A DNA stretch of 60,768 nt, filler included, from Sphacelaria rigidula (GCA_964200075.2; 7 parts of 7 records of this genome joined end to end with filler, not necessarily neighbours in it), one strand, 5' to 3'; shown: positions 37,060 to 51,400, counted from the first letter of the whole stretch. Made by a program: numbers and translations. Notes: a model not told the origin generated them from the letters alone.

Positions 37060-37430
37060 AGTGGCAGCAAAGCAACAGAGAGTAAAACTGATCTAACGGG
37101 AGAATGGGAACTATACAAGGATGAACGAGACGTGCTAAAAGAGACGGGGGAACTAAACGTGTCTGACGTGAAATCGCTTGCTACACTATACCGTGGTAAA
37201 AAAACGACCACTATACTAGGGGTTAGATGGTGGCCACAGACTGTTAGACAGGAAGGGGGAAAGATACGCAAAATGGTTCTAGTGTAATGTGTAAAAAACA
37301 CGTAGTGAGCGCCCAAATGTCGGAGGCGTCTCAATTAGACGTGAGGACAGTGCTCCGCCTCGAATGGAATATATGGACAACGTTCAAACGACAAATACAA
37401 GCAATAAAAGAGTACACACCGCCACTCACC
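37060..37430 (+). mobile_element. 5'-truncated non-LTR retrotransposon 3' fragment in an OPLAH intron
   Basis: Degenerate peptide ESKTDLTGEWELYKDERDVL...TTILGVRWWPQT resembling a LINE ORF2 C-terminus, followed by a tail (GTGCTCCGCCTCG...CAAACGAC...GAGTACAC) homologous to 52970-53060 on the minus strand. Confidence 0.5.
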
Positions 37431-37739
37431 CCTCGTAACACACCAAACACACATATACAGACCTCTTCCAGGTTCTTGAGGGAGAGGGAAGGGGGGCAAT
37501 ACGGCAGGAGTTCATGACGCAACCCCCGCACGAGACTGTGCTCTGAATCCTGGCTCACGCTACTACTCTCATGCCTGCCCATCACCCCTCATTCTGAAAG
37601 GACAGACAGGGACCCAAGTCTCGAAATTTACCCATCACGGGGCATCTTCGATCAGAAAATCCCGCGATGATCCCCCTCTCCCTCATATCACCCCTTATTC
37701 CCTTGCCACCCGGTCCCTCGCCCGTCCCCCCATCCATAC

Positions 37740-37896
37740 CTCCTCTAGGGTCTTGGAGAGGGGAGGCATGGAGCCCGGAGCGATGCCCCCAACGTCTGCG
37801 TGGTGTCCTCTGGAGGCCACGAAAAACGCCGGCCCGGCGCCGTCGCCACGTCCTTCCATGAACACTGGGGTGATTACGGTCATGTCCGGCAGATGA
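37740..37896 (-). CDS. OPLAH: 5-oxoprolinase, internal exon b
   Basis: AAG acceptor completes the Ser codon; [52 protein letters not shown]; donor GAG|GTATGG. Confidence 0.95.
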
Positions 37897-38094
37897 CTTT
37901 GATATTTGGACCCGTTTTGAAAGCGTTGTGTTTGGCGGAAGAGGAAGGAAGGCGGGAAGGGGGAGGGCGGGGAAGGAGCGCTTTGTTTTTTCACCTGGTT
38001 CAGTGCAAACGACGTTCTACAGTACACCTCCTAGGCCATCAAACTGGACTTAAGGTTGCCATCACCTGTCCCAACTTGCAGACCCGCCGCCGTT

Positions 38095-38485
38095 ATACGT
38101 ACATACATAGTACAATGTTCATAAAACATGATACATAATACGTAATACGTAATACGTAATACATAATACATAATACATAATGCATAATGTATGATACATA
38201 CATAATACATAATACATAATACATGATACATTATACATAACACAAAATACATAATACGTACATACGTACATACATAATACATAATACATAATACATGATG
38301 CATAATGCATAATACATAACACAAAATACATAATACGTACATACATAATACATACATAATACATAATACATAATGCATAATACATAATACATAACACAAA
38401 ATACATAATACGTACATACATAATACATAATACATAATACATAATACATACATACATACGTACACACATACACACACACATACAT
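38095..38485. repeat. Low-complexity (TACATAA)n-type heptamer array with higher-order units
   Basis: Directly visible; ACACAAAATACATAATACGTAC recurs three times. Confidence 0.92.
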
Positions 38486-41400
38486 ACCCCCCAAGAAACG
38501 GGAAACACCAGCACGCGTGGAGAGTGCATTTTGTTTTTACATTTTTGAGTACACTCGATGAGATAAAGCATATCAGTGTATGTACAAAACATAAGCAGCC
38601 TCAACATGATCAAAGCTTCGAACAAAATTCATACAGTGCAAGTCACCATGTGTGTGCTCAAGACGAGGCAACATCTAGCGTTGTGTACTGGTAAGATTTG
38701 ACGATGAAATAAATCACGTAGTAGTAATATATATATATATATAGTCTTTCGTATATACAAGGGTGTCGGCGACTTTCGCCACCATGCCCAGTGGATTGAC
38801 AGGCGAAATACATAAGCACCGGCGATAGTCTTGTGCGTTGCTTATTGGCACACGGCACAGTTCGAAGAAAAAGCTGCAGCTGCTGATCAGCTGAGCACGT
38901 CGTGAGTGGCCTTGCACAAATCTTTCCAGGACTCGATGAGAAACAGTGTTCCGTGCGAGACGCGCGCGCAGCACACGCGCAAAAAGGGTCAGCACCCGCT
39001 CAAATGATGCCGATTCAGATTTGAAAAAAGGAGTGACCGTTCGTATTTCTCCGAACATTTTCCGCGGATGACAGCACGCTACAGAGCGGAAAACCCGACA
39101 CGAGAGCATTTTTACCAGTTTTGGGAGCGGGCCACGAAGTGTTCTTCGACTCAAGTGAGGGGGGAAAATGATACTGCAATGACTCGGAGGACCATTTCGG
39201 ACATGACGCGGATTCAAATTCAAAGCGAAAATGATGCCGAAGATGTAAGACATGACACGCTGACCGTTGATGCTTCTCATAGCTTTTCAGCAGATGTCAC
39301 AGCGGTACAAAACAGAAGACCCGAGACGACAGTATTTCGAAAAGTTTTGAGAGCGGGTCACAGAGTACCCCTCAACCTAAGTGGGGGGGGGGGCGTACTC
39401 ATTTGTTAAGTGGGGGAGGGGATGGAACCGCATGATGGGGCTGACCATTTCAGATATGATGCCAATTCAAACTCGAAGTGAAAATTATGCCGATCAGAAC
39501 TTGTCAAAACGATCTGGTTGACCGTTTCAGACATCGTGTGGATTCAAATTAAAAATGAGATTGATGCGGATGAAAACACGGTTTTGGAAAAAATGCTGTA
39601 CGTGGCTATCATGAGACCATGGCTGGATCCCTGGAGGGTCAGTTCAAGTGCGACAATCAATCAATCAATCAATCAAATAGCAGCAGAAGAGAGTCAGCGA
39701 GAAAGGAAGAGATTCACGTACGGGATCAAAACAAGCTCGAGATATAACACCCATGCAAGCACGCGGCGCGAAAAAGAAACTATATTCCACACCCAAAGCA
39801 GAAACAGAAGGCACCCTGACGTCCACTGAAGTAAATGCAAGAGCGAAGAGGATCAGCGAAGAACATGTACTCGAAAATAATGCCAATCAAGAGGTGAAAA
39901 AAAAAATCCGAACCCTAACCCTAACCCTAAGCATGATGCGAAATTCAAATAAAATAATGAAAACGATGACGATACAAAAATGATCCTAAAAAGAACAAAA
40001 AAACAAAAAAAAAACGCCGGAGCAGCAGAACAGAAACAGCAAAAAAGGAAGAGATATGCGTGCGAGATCACAACACGCTCGAGGTGTATGTAACGTCCAT
40101 GCAGGACACAGCGCGGAAACTGAATGTACTCCGAAGCCAAAACGTACCCTTATGGCCAGTGAAATATGAGAAGAGGATCTGCGGAGAAGAATTACTCGAA
40201 AAATGATGCCTAACAAAAATCAACTATGTTTTGGTGAGATTGAGAGAGTAGCGTTGATTGAGAATGAGTTTCATGATTCGCTCGAACTTGACCGATCTTT
40301 CGTTTCGTGTGTGCTTGTCTTTGTCTTTGACACTGTCGTGTGCTTACAGCTACACGTCGATATCCTATCCAGGGATATCAAGGGCTTCGGTAGTAAGCTA
40401 CGACTACAAAAGGCGTATCGGGCCTCGTGTAAGACCCGGAGGGGAATTTCGGAACCGAAACTATTTCATTCAGTGATTGCCCGCTTCTCACCCTCAGTCG
40501 TATCCTAGACTCCCAATCTCACGAAAACATTGTTAAGTATAAAAACTATCCGGTAAAGACGTACTATAAGATCAAGAAAAATTGGAATTCATGGCTCCTC
40601 AGGTGTCGACAACAAACTGACACCCTGTCTGCAGGAAGGCATTCGACGAAAATGTAAAATGTCATACAACTGATGGTACTTCAAGTCAAGAATAGACGAA
40701 ATGCGGGTCTGTCAGAGCTTCAGAGAACGAAATGACCCCTGTCTGCGAGGGAGAGTTTTCACCGAAAAGGTATACCCTGGATTGACAATATTGTTTTATC
40801 TGCACTTTACATATAAACCGTGAGGACGAATGTCGGTGGTAATTTGTGCAGACCCCAGGTGAGGGCTCAACCCCGAACGAACTGAGGTCTTCATCCACAT
40901 ATCGACCTATATATCAAACAGTCAAAACCGATACGGCAAATTCATGATGAATCGACGGTATCGGTCCGATCGAGGTATTATTGATGTTATTGTTTCCGTC
41001 AGATAAGCTCGATCTCTCCAACTCGTGGTCACAGAGTGCAAGCGGGCATAATCCTAGCAGTTTTCAACTTCCAGACAATGCTTTCAGAACAAAACCAGTT
41101 ACCTGAATAAGGGGGGAGGGGGGGGGGACTGCGAAGTACGTCCATCACAGCACTCGCGTCCATCTGTCCTCTACCTTGTGCGCCATGGTGGCGAGCATAT
41201 CATTCAAAACAAAAACATAACCATTTATAGTGTATATATAGAATATTTCGAACTCACCAGCGTCAAGCATACTTCGTAACGAGGCGTCCACGAGATTCAA
41301 TTCTGATTTTAGTGTCCAAGTTCCTCCGCACCCGCCACGGGAGATGACTGTTCGGGCCAATGCCAATGCTAGGGGTCCGGTTAGCGGATTCGTACTTTAC

Positions 41401-43180
41401 TTTGTGGGGGGGGTACACATGCGTTCGCGATGGTCCTGCAATGTTTGCGGTGGGCATGAACATTTCGAGAGAGGATGTATTCTCACGAGGGCTTGGCAAG
41501 GCAACAATACCGAGACCCTCGAAAAAGACGGACGGAACCGGGGCGCAGCCCCGGGTCCCGTACGGCTTGTAAATTTATAATATATATGGAGATAGATGTT
41601 CAGCTCCCTGAGTCATGAAACTACAGACGGCAGCAGGGTCTCCTTTTCCGGTAGTAGCGGAAAAAACATGAATACCGAACGACGTGCTACACACCTATTT
41701 TACCCTTTTTTGTGTACAGTATGACCAGCGGCGGGAAATCGACTTCACATTTGGTTACTCTATAGGAAGATCTATACAAAAAAAAAATGGCGTGTGAGAT
41801 GATCAATAGGGGGTCAATCCGAGACACCGCTCAGGCTTTTGCACTGATGTCCCGTGTGTGTTTTTGGGGCACCTGACTTCTGCAAAATCAGAAGTACATA
41901 TATACATATATACATATATATATGTATATATGGGGCGGAATTTCACACGTAATACAAAATTAAACCTTGCTGCTTTCACCCCGCTGCCAAAAGGAATGCA
42001 GACCCGCACTGCTTGAGTTGTTGCTGCTGTTGTTGTTGTGTTGTCTTCACATTAAAACCGTTCCGATATCTGCGCGGTACATCCGTACTGGGCATCTGAT
42101 GCGGACGCCTTCGGTGGTCACAGGTTAGCTACCTATGATAAGGTTTGAGGCAATAAAAATTAAAAGAAATAGACCCCCCCAAAAACTCAGAAACGCGATA
42201 CAAGCAAAACAGGAATAAAGAATGAAGAAGAAAGAGACTATCGACACTGCTTGAGTACATGCTTACAAAAAGTGCCAAAGAACAAAGACATTTAGCTAGC
42301 TTCAAAACTACCATGTGTTGATTGTACTCGTACGTGTGTGTGTTCTTGTCAAAAGAGGAATGATTCACATGACCAATACTCAACCCTTTCGAGACCGAGG
42401 TGGACTAATGAGCGGTGAGGGCCTATCGTGAATTGGTATGACTTTCATTCGAGAACGACAGTAAAAGATGCCGATTGACAAATGGATCTTCCGTGCAAAT
42501 GGGTCCTCACTCCTGCTTAGTGGGAGTCCGGTCCCACAAGGGTTAAGGCTACCTACCCACAGCACTACTTCTTCTTTTCCTCAACGATGAAAAAATCAAC
42601 GAAGGTAAGTACACTTCTGCCTCCACTCATCCCCACCCAAAAAACCAAACAGTGAGAGAAAGCAAAAACCATGGAATCATTCGCTGTGTACAGATTGGGG
42701 AGTTTGCAATTTGTTTTTACAAACACGTCATGAAACACAAGAAAATCCTCCCGGCATCTGCATTTCCGTTGTGGAGCGCACGTATACGCTTGAAAAAAAC
42801 ATATTAATGTAATCTTTTTTTTTTTCTTCCAACGTGTACGGCTTCTTCAAAGGCGTCGAATAAGCAAAAAATCAAATATACTCGTACTTACTGACTAGAC
42901 TTCGGAAAAAAAAAAACGGCAAATTTTTTCAACAACCGAACACATCTGAATTTGTTCTTGTGCGAGGGAAAGAGGGATGAAAATCGACAAAATTTCGCAA
43001 CAACCAAATGCATCTGTTTTGTTTTTATGCAAGGGAAAGAGGGATGAGAGTTGAAGTCATGGTGAAGATGAATCAACAACCTAGATACTGTAGTAGGCGG
43101 CAACAGTACCTGGTACTGTACAAGGTTAATTATTTGTTTCCTTGCGCGGGCAGTTCACCCGGTTCTGCGCGCAAGCTCAC

Positions 43181-43261
43181 CTTCCTCCTGCAAGCTGCGG
43201 GTGGTTGGAGAGAAACACGTCGCCGTCTTTGACGTTCGACCCCCAGTGCCGCACTTGATAC
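43181..43261 (-). CDS. OPLAH: 5-oxoprolinase (hydantoinase B domain), internal exon a
   Basis: CAG acceptor; YQVRHWGSNVKDGDVFLSNHPQLAGG(S) matches the GDVxLSNHPxxGGSHLPD motif; phase-2 donor AG|GTGAG. Confidence 0.9.
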
Positions 43262-43761
43262 CTGGACAAAATGCGGAAGATGAGAGACAGGAACAAGGTC
43301 AGTCGGACTGAAGGGATGTGTGTGGGGGGGAGCGGGGGGGTGAGGGGGCGTACTCATTTGTTGCTTGCCTTAGTCGTTTGNNNNNNNNNNNNNNNNNNNN
43401 NNNNNNNNNNNNNNNNNNNNNNNNTTAATTAATTAANNNNNNNNNNNNNNNNNNNNNNNNNNNNNNNNNNNNNNNNNNNNTTAATCCTCCGGGTTCTCAT
43501 CCTCAATCAAAAGCACCATCCTCAACATAGATGATTGGCTGTTTGTACCACAGCGCAGATAACCGGGTGTGGATACACAGGCAGTTAATTACTCCATTGT
43601 TATTTGTATGAGACTGAACGAACAACATGAGCACATTGCTCACCAGCGAACGTAGAATGGCAAAAATGCTGCGTCAACGAATGAACTATCGAGAAAGAAA
43701 AAGTGTACTTGTTGAGCAACACAAAAGTAGTAAGGCTCATCATTATCGACACTGTTGTTCC

Positions 43762-46700
43762 CAGGGATCTACACGTTACACGTGCCACAACCTTACACAT
43801 GACGTTCACGTTACGTTTTGGCCGGAAGGTAACGTGAACGTTTTTTTTTTTCACGTAATGAGCGTAACGTCAACGCATCGTGACATTTTTAAATGAAACG
43901 TTAACGCGATGTTAATTTTTTTCAACATGCCAAACGAAACGTAAGGTGAACGTTAAACCTTTTGGTACTGGCAATGGAAAAGTGCTGATTTCGAGGTGCT
44001 ACTTTTTGAACAACGTATGGTTGATTGTTTTCAGCTTCCGAGGACCACTATTTTGCCCAAAGCGTGTTTTTCAGACCCGCGACCGCTTCCAACTGGCGGT
44101 GAATCGCGTAAAAACTGTATCGCACGTCAATCCTTTCACGTGTGGTGAGGGGATTTCTGTGTGCTCGGCCATACTACTTTGTGTCTGTGATGTGGCTTAG
44201 CACGCTTGCCAAGTTTTGGGCAGGTACGACCCCCGGTCTGCAGCACAACAATACTCCGGTGGGATGCGTCACATGTATCAATGTGTGCCGCAGTGCCACA
44301 CGGGACGAAATATATAGAAAATATACAGGTGGTGCTGATTTTGTTGTATGAAATTCAGAGGCCGCGGTGCTGGTTTTTGCTGTGTGCACAAAGTTGAACA
44401 TATTTGACCCGTTGCGTCCGCTCATTCAATAAAACTAAATCGACCGCACGGGGGCGACATTTTTGGTGCGAGCATGACGTATGTCGGTGGATTCTTCTGT
44501 GGCCTTCCACCGAAAGAAAAGTTGTTATCGGTATTTTCTTTTCGCATATGTTCTTCTCTCTCAGCGCTTGAAATGATGAGGCGTCTGCACCGGGGACGGG
44601 AGGGGAGAGTTCCCAAAGGGTTAAATTGCCCAAACGTTCAAAACACGTAATGACGTGCATTATACGTTACACATTACATTACACGTCTCGTATTACGTTA
44701 CACGTTACATGAAACATCATGAACACGTTACATGAAGCGGTGCCCACTTTCAGCTTGCAATGAATTCTGAAATCCTAGGAGGCAAAGTATTCACTATCCA
44801 ACGGTACAAGTACAGGCCGTGTGTTCTGCTAATACTAATAGGACGAGGTTACAAGCATAGGCTGCACTTAGCAGACACCATACAAGTGCAGGTTGTACTT
44901 GTAACCTTGTACAGGCTGTATTTGCGAACATGGGGAGCAGGCTCGCTTTTGGCAGCGGTGACATCGGCAATGTCTTTAGTTCTACACTGTCTTGACTGTA
45001 AGTTTCGAGGGCACATGCAGATGCACGTACATGGTAATGCATGCAGATGCAGAGGATTCGGATTGAAAAAATCGGACTCCCGAATGGAAAAAAACGACGC
45101 AACATCGGTCACAAGGTCGTTTTCCGGTTCGTTTTCCCCCCTCGTATTTTGCAAATAACGAGGAAAAATACAAGATGGCTCCTGACGGTTCGTTTTTTCG
45201 CAAGAATATCGGGGAAAAATTACAAGACGCGGGAAATTTTACGAGATGGGCCCTCGTGGCTTGTAATATAAAAAAAAACAAGGCGATATCGACTTGTATT
45301 TTTCTCAGGTATTTTTCATTCGAGACGTGGCGAGACTAATATGGCATCGCCCGCCAGCCCTGAAGATGTCTGTGCCCTTCGTCAACTGCGGGGCTCTGCT
45401 GACGGCAATGTCGAATATCCTCAGCGCCGTTTACACACTAGACCAAACTTCGCTTCGCCATCCCGGCGTACGCGAGATGTCGTCAGGCGTTGATCATCTA
45501 TTGGCATCGACCGTGCTCTTGCAAACCTGCAGCACGGACAGTACCCAGCGCAGAGATTGCAGGATACTATCTGTGCTGTTTCATGCAGTGAGTTGTAGGT
45601 GCGCACAATAGTACAGTAGTACGCACGGCTGTAGTAAAAATGGTGCGTACAACGTGAGATATGTGGACAACGTGCAGTACAGGCACCACTAGGCGGTGCT
45701 GTACTGTCTACACTGCCGCATTGAACAGTAGGATGCAAATGCCATGCTGCACCCAACGGCTGCCGATAATTACTTGGACAACGTGCAGTGCAGAGACAGT
45801 ACGAGGCCTGTACTGCCGCATTCGACAGTACAGTACAGACATATCTAAGCTGTACAGTACTGTCTGTACTGCCGCATAGGCAGTATACATGCGCACAAGT
45901 CAGGTTGCGGACGGTAATATACAACGGCTGCACCAAAATTCGTGTGGAGGAGTGCACTATAGATAGTATTACTACGCAGTACTACTGTCTGTACTGCCGC
46001 TTAAGGTATACAGCAGTGTATGATGAAGATGACAGTTTGCACACAGTACGAGCTGGACCAGCAGCGAATGGGGGAGCTCTACGTTTCACGTCTTCTTACA
46101 CCAACACAGGAAACTTGGCCTGGCGAACTCTTTAGATCTTCGTACCTCGCCTTGGCGTGCACATCCCTTTGAATTCCGCTGACCGTACTTTAGGTACCTC
46201 CCCGCTCTTTTAGTACCCCACTCTCCTCGAAAATATATGTGGAATCTGGGCCCGTAAGGTAGGAGCAACATCTCCCGCTGTATTTTCCAAGCGATATTTT
46301 TTCCTCATAATTTGCTTCAAAAAACGAGGGAAAAAAACGAACCGGAAGAAACGGCGTAATAAACGGTGTGGGTGGATTTTTATTTCCCCCCACATGGGGG
46401 GATATATTTCTTCTGCTAAATATGTGCGTTGATTGCCTGGACCGCGGTGTAAACCTGTGATACATACACGCATACATACGTACGCCTGACTTTGACGGCC
46501 GTGATGAGCTACGAGTATCTTATTTTTTCAGGTATACATTTGTACATATATATATATATATAGAACCAAGGGGACCCGATATAGTTTTGTGTGCGAAATG
46601 CCGGGATGACTCAAGCCGGCGTTAGATCAAGTTTACGATCTGCTGTGTGTCCAGTATGTGCTGTCGTGCAAATGACCAAGCTATTGAATATTGAAAATTG

Positions 46701-47183
46701 AAAACAGAAGAAAAAAAAAGATGAAAAAAACAGAGGAGACATGAAAATATTGCGGTCAAAAACGAATGAACGATACACTGTAGAGCAAGTAACGTTACAC
46801 AATCAGATAATGCGCCTACGCTCAGACATATGACGGGCCACCTTCAGCGTCACGTACACGATAACGTCACGCTTTACACGACACGTTTCATTGCCTCAAA
46901 CACTGGTAAATGAGCCGCGACATGCACAGAATGAAACTTTACATTCGAACGTTACGCGTGTCGAAAAACCGTTATATTAGACGTTACACGGAACATCTTA
47001 ACGTTTCATTTTACGTTACATGTAACAAAATGTAACGTTAAGATGTTTTTACGCGATGAACGTCACGTCGTTAACGTTACGTGATTTGTTTTTAACGTGC
47101 CAAATGAAACGTAACGTGAACGCTAAAATTTACAAACGCAATGAACGTAACGTGAACGTGAACATGTAACGTGTGGAACCCTG
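43762..47183. mobile_element. About 3.4-kb non-autonomous TIR element with ACGTTAC-rich subtermini (hAT-like CAGGG ends)
   Basis: CAGGGATCTACACGTTACA versus TGTAACGTGTGGAACCCTG; dense ACGTTAC/GTAACGT motifs near both ends; no convincing TSD. Confidence 0.6.
45110..46360. mobile_element. Nested TIR element with a TACAGTAC-rich interior
   Basis: TTCCGGTTCGTTTTCCCCCCTCGT...GGGCCC (45122-45253) is mirrored by GGGCCC...ACGAGGGAAAAAAACGAACCGGAA (46248-46347); boundaries approximate. Confidence 0.55.
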
Positions 47184-47730
47184 TTTTTTTCGGAGATCTC
47201 AGAAATTTCCGGGGCTGGCAAGGTCCTTGATGACTCTCGAATGCTTGCGAACGCCACGGCGTACATGCAGGGTAGCTTGCCGATGTCCTGCATCGCCGTC
47301 CGAATCCTTCGAACATCTCCAAAAGTGAGGATTCAGAGAAGAAATCAAGCTGCTTCGTTTTGGGAGCAGCCTTAAGTCATAGCCCGAAAAGTGGAGGAAA
47401 ATTCTGGCATCTGCGGAAAAACAGGGTCGACAATAATGGGCCCAAGTCAAGCAGATGTTTCGGTTGAATAATGTGACAGTAATACAGAAGGAGCAGCGTT
47501 CGTCACCGGTCTCATCTGAGGCCTCCACGAGGGCCGGCGAACCTAGTTGGAACTACATATTCCACTTCCCCCCGGCCTTGGCCCCGAGTCGCTGCGGCCG
47601 GGTTGGGCCGACTGACGACTGACGGCAGCGGCCCAAGGAAAGACATAGCATTTTGGCTAGTACGGAGGATCAGTGACACCTTCTGTCAAACTGCTCCGTG
47701 CCACGTCCGTGCCGGAGCTGGGTGAATCCT

Positions 47731-48249
47731 ACAGTCAAAGTACTCCTGCACGCGCAAGTCGTACGGTGTTTACCACCCGTGATACAGTAGATACCCTCCC
47801 CCGATCGTAGACCCAAACCACCGAGGCCGATTTTAGGCCAGCTATGGCACCGACCCCTGGAAGGGTGCAACACTCTGCTTGTGCGGAATGTAACTCCTAC
47901 TACTGTCTAACTGCTTCGCACAACAGTGGTGTGGGATTGAATGTGCATCGCGCTGGCAGTACTGACTGCACCATACGGTGGTTACAACAGTACCACAGTC
48001 AAAGTACTCCTGCATGCGCAAGTCGTACGGTGTTTACCACCCGTGATACAGTGGATACCCTCCCCCGATCGTAGACCCAAACCACCCAGGCCGGTTTTAG
48101 GTCAGCTATGGTACCGACCCCTGGAAGGGTGCAACACTCTGCTTGTGCGGAGTGTAACTCCTACTACTGTCTAACTGCTTCACACAACAGTGGTGTGGGA
48201 TTGAATGTGCATCGCGCTGGCATTACTGACTGCACCATACGGTGGTTAC
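47731..48249 (+). repeat. Near-perfect tandem duplication, 264-bp period, directly 5' of the LINE ORF
   Basis: ACAGTCAAAGTACTCCTGCA starts at 47731 and 47995; the copies differ by only a few substitutions. Confidence 0.95.
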
Positions 48250-48483
48250 CACACGTAAATTCGCTGTCACATGGCGATGATGTCGGAACACGCCCTACCC
48301 CTGCCGGCGGGGGCCGCTAATCCGACTAATCATCGCCACCGCCGAAAGCTGTATTGCCGTAGCTCTGAGAGCAGACACGGCGTGCGTGTAAGCATAGAGA
48401 TCGACTTCGTGGAGGTCGACGTTCGCGGGGCCCGCTGAACCCCGCGAAGGAACGAAGAGGCAGGAACCAGCGTAGGCAGAAGA

Positions 48484-51400
48484 GTGCGTGGAAACAGAGA
48501 GTATACCACAAATGCTGGTTTAAACACCAAAGGAAAGGTACACAGCAAAGCGAAGGAAGAGAATGAGGGAAATGCCAGCGCGGTGTGCAGCCAAGGCTCA
48601 GACTCGCGCCAATCGCACTACCGCAAGGGCTGTGTCTCGATCCAAGAGCTGGTAGTGGCCACTTGGAAAGCACGCACCATGGCCGAGAGAGGTTCTAACG
48701 GCACAGGCCATGCGGAGGACCTGCTGCTTTTTGCGTCCAATACAACTGTGATCTCATTGCCCTTCAAGAAACCCGTCGACATCGACGAACAACCTTCCAC
48801 GCGCCAGCCGCAGGATACATCGTTCACTGCAGCGGCCACTGCAATGGAGACCGGGGTAAACCGGGAGTGCTCAGTGTCGGCCTTGCCATTAAGGAGTCTA
48901 TCGCCAGCACGCTCGACCCAGAAGCCATCGCCCCCGAACACGTGAGTGCCAGGATCCTCAAAGGTACGAGTAGCTTTCCGGCATAGAGTTGCAACAACCT
49001 TCATCGTAGGGTATGCTCCTGCTGAGACAGCACAAGGCTCTGAGAAGACCAAGTTCTGGAAAACCTTCCGTAGTTCCATCGCTAAAGTCCTCACCAACGA
49101 GCGCCTAATACTCATGATGGATGACAATGCTCGTACCGGAAAGAGAGAAGGAGGAGGTATGGATGACGTTCGGGTATTGGGAGAGTATGCCAGGAATACC
49201 CGGAATGATAATGGTAGACGCCTACTAAAATGCGCCGCGACACATGAAATGGCCATCACCAACACATTTTTTCGCATCTCAACTCGCGGAGAAAGCTCGA
49301 CCGCATACACGTATGAGGGGCCGAAGGTCGAACACCGCTGGCGCCTGGACTATATCCTAGTACGTCAGCAAGACCGTAGACTCGTCCGAAATGTCACTGT
49401 GCACCCCGAGATGAAATCGGACCATCGCCTGGTCTCAGTCGCCATCCGTCTCCTCGGACGGAGCGCACTCAACCGCCAACCGAAACCGGGGGGCGGGGCT
49501 AGGGGAGTGCGTTTCGACCGCAAAGCCCTCGCATCCCGCTGACTCTGGAGAGCGACTGTCTTACAGGCCATTGTCGCCAAGCTCCCGAATGTCACCAGTT
49601 TCCCCGCAGTAATTGACGTCAACGGCATGGCATCTACCTTCGCCCAACGCCCTGCGACAGACAGCCGCGGATACACTTCTTCGATGCCCGAAGAAAACCC
49701 TATCTAGAGGTTTCAGTGAGTCAACTCAAGCTCAGGATCGCCTTCAAGGGCGTGGGATCTCAAGGAAAGCGTACGGAAGAAAGTGCGAGCCGACCCCGAA
49801 GGCGCTGCCCTGAAGAAGGCGCTGAAGGTGACGGACGAAGCGTTCAAACGGGTAAAGGATGCTGACCTGCAGAACTTCGTTCACGAGTTCACAGTCCGGA
49901 CCGCGGAGTTTGTACGCAAGAAGGATCGAGCAGGACTGTACCAGCACATCCAGTCAGAGCGACTCAACCTACGTCACGAGCGCGACCGGCGAACTGTCGC
50001 GGGACAAGCAAACTATCCTGCAATGATGGAACGAATGGGTCGAAGCATTGCTGAACGCAACGTCGCCTACGATCGACCACTCTGCAATCGATCTCGTCGA
50101 ACAGATGCCGGAGCACGCACCGTTCTCGGCGGAGCCCTCGGTGGAAGAAGTGAAGGAAGCGATGGGCCAGCTGGCGAACGGCAAGGCCGTTGGGACGGCC
50201 GACACCTGTGGCGAACTATTGAACCGCACCGAAGACTCCGCCATCCTGAAGTGCCGCAACGTGTGGCGTCAGAAAGTAAGTGCCGCAGTAGTGGAAATAC
50301 ACCATCATCAAGGTGCTCTTCAAGAAGCAGGACCCGCACGAATGTGGCAACTACCGCGATATTTCTCTTGAGTCCCACGCGGGCAAGGTGGCACTCAAGA
50401 TAGTTGCGACTCCCCTCAGCACCAACTGCGAGAGGAAGGGAATCCTTCCAGAAGCGCAATGCGGTTTCTGATCTGGCCGGTTCACAGTCGACGTGATTGT
50501 TGTGCAAAGGCTCCAAGAATTGGCCAGAGAGAAGAATCTTCCTCTGTACATGTGCTTCATCGACCTCCAAAAGGCAAACGACTTCGTGGGCTGCTCTCTT
50601 CTCTGGAAAGTTCCAGCACGCTACAGTATCCCCGCCAAGATGATTTCCATCATCCACCAATTTCACGACGGCATGCGGGCATGCGTACGCCTTGACAGCG
50701 GCGAGGCATCTGAGTGGTTTAACGTTAACCAGGGCCTGCACCAAGGCTGTGTGGTCTGTTCAAAATATTTTTCGCGGCGGTGCTGGCGGTGACGTTCGAC
50801 CGCTTCTTGATCAATAAAATGGTGGCGCAGGGCTTCATCCGCATCGCTGAAAGGGGCGGGAAGACCAAGGGCGAACTCAGCAAAGTGCTCTGGGCCATGC
50901 TATACGCCGACGAAGCTGGCATCCCTTCGCGGTCCCAAGTAAGCCTGGCAAAGGCGATGATGGCCGTCGTGCTAGTGTATGCGGCGTTCGGCCTCGTCGT
51001 GGCGGAAAACAAGACGGTCACCGTGCACATGCGCTCCCCGAACGCGGAAACGGATACGGTCGAGGTAGAGGCAGCGGGCCAAAGATGCAAGCAAGTTGAG
51101 TCTTCTCTCTAACTTGGCGGGAGAATCAGCAGCATCGGCCATGTCACTCCTGAGATCCACAGCGGCATTGGCCAGGCCTGGACGTGCTTCTACGAGTTCA
51201 GCAGAGCGGTATACGACAACCCGTACATCACCCTGGTCACCAAGGTTCGTCTCCTGAAGACTGAAGTGATTGAGGTAATACTGCACGGCTGCGTGACCTG
51301 GATGATCGCATACGACAAAACTCGGCGCGTTACGGGAGGCCCATCGAGGATCCCTGCTGAGGTGCCTCAATAAGCATACCTCAAGCCGCAGCGCCCCCGA

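Noticed and set aside
36155-38625. Poly-Asn/Ile and Met-Tyr-Val-Leu-Cys-rich ORFs
   Set aside because: Translations of (AAT)n and (TACATAA)n repeats within OPLAH introns.
760-43261. Metabolic gene cluster (MOCS2B, unknown gene, 5-oxoprolinase)
   Set aside because: The genes are on different contigs joined by artificial spacers.
48618-50744. Long antisense ORFs (230 aa and 225 aa)
   Set aside because: Shadow frames of the GC-rich LINE coding strand.
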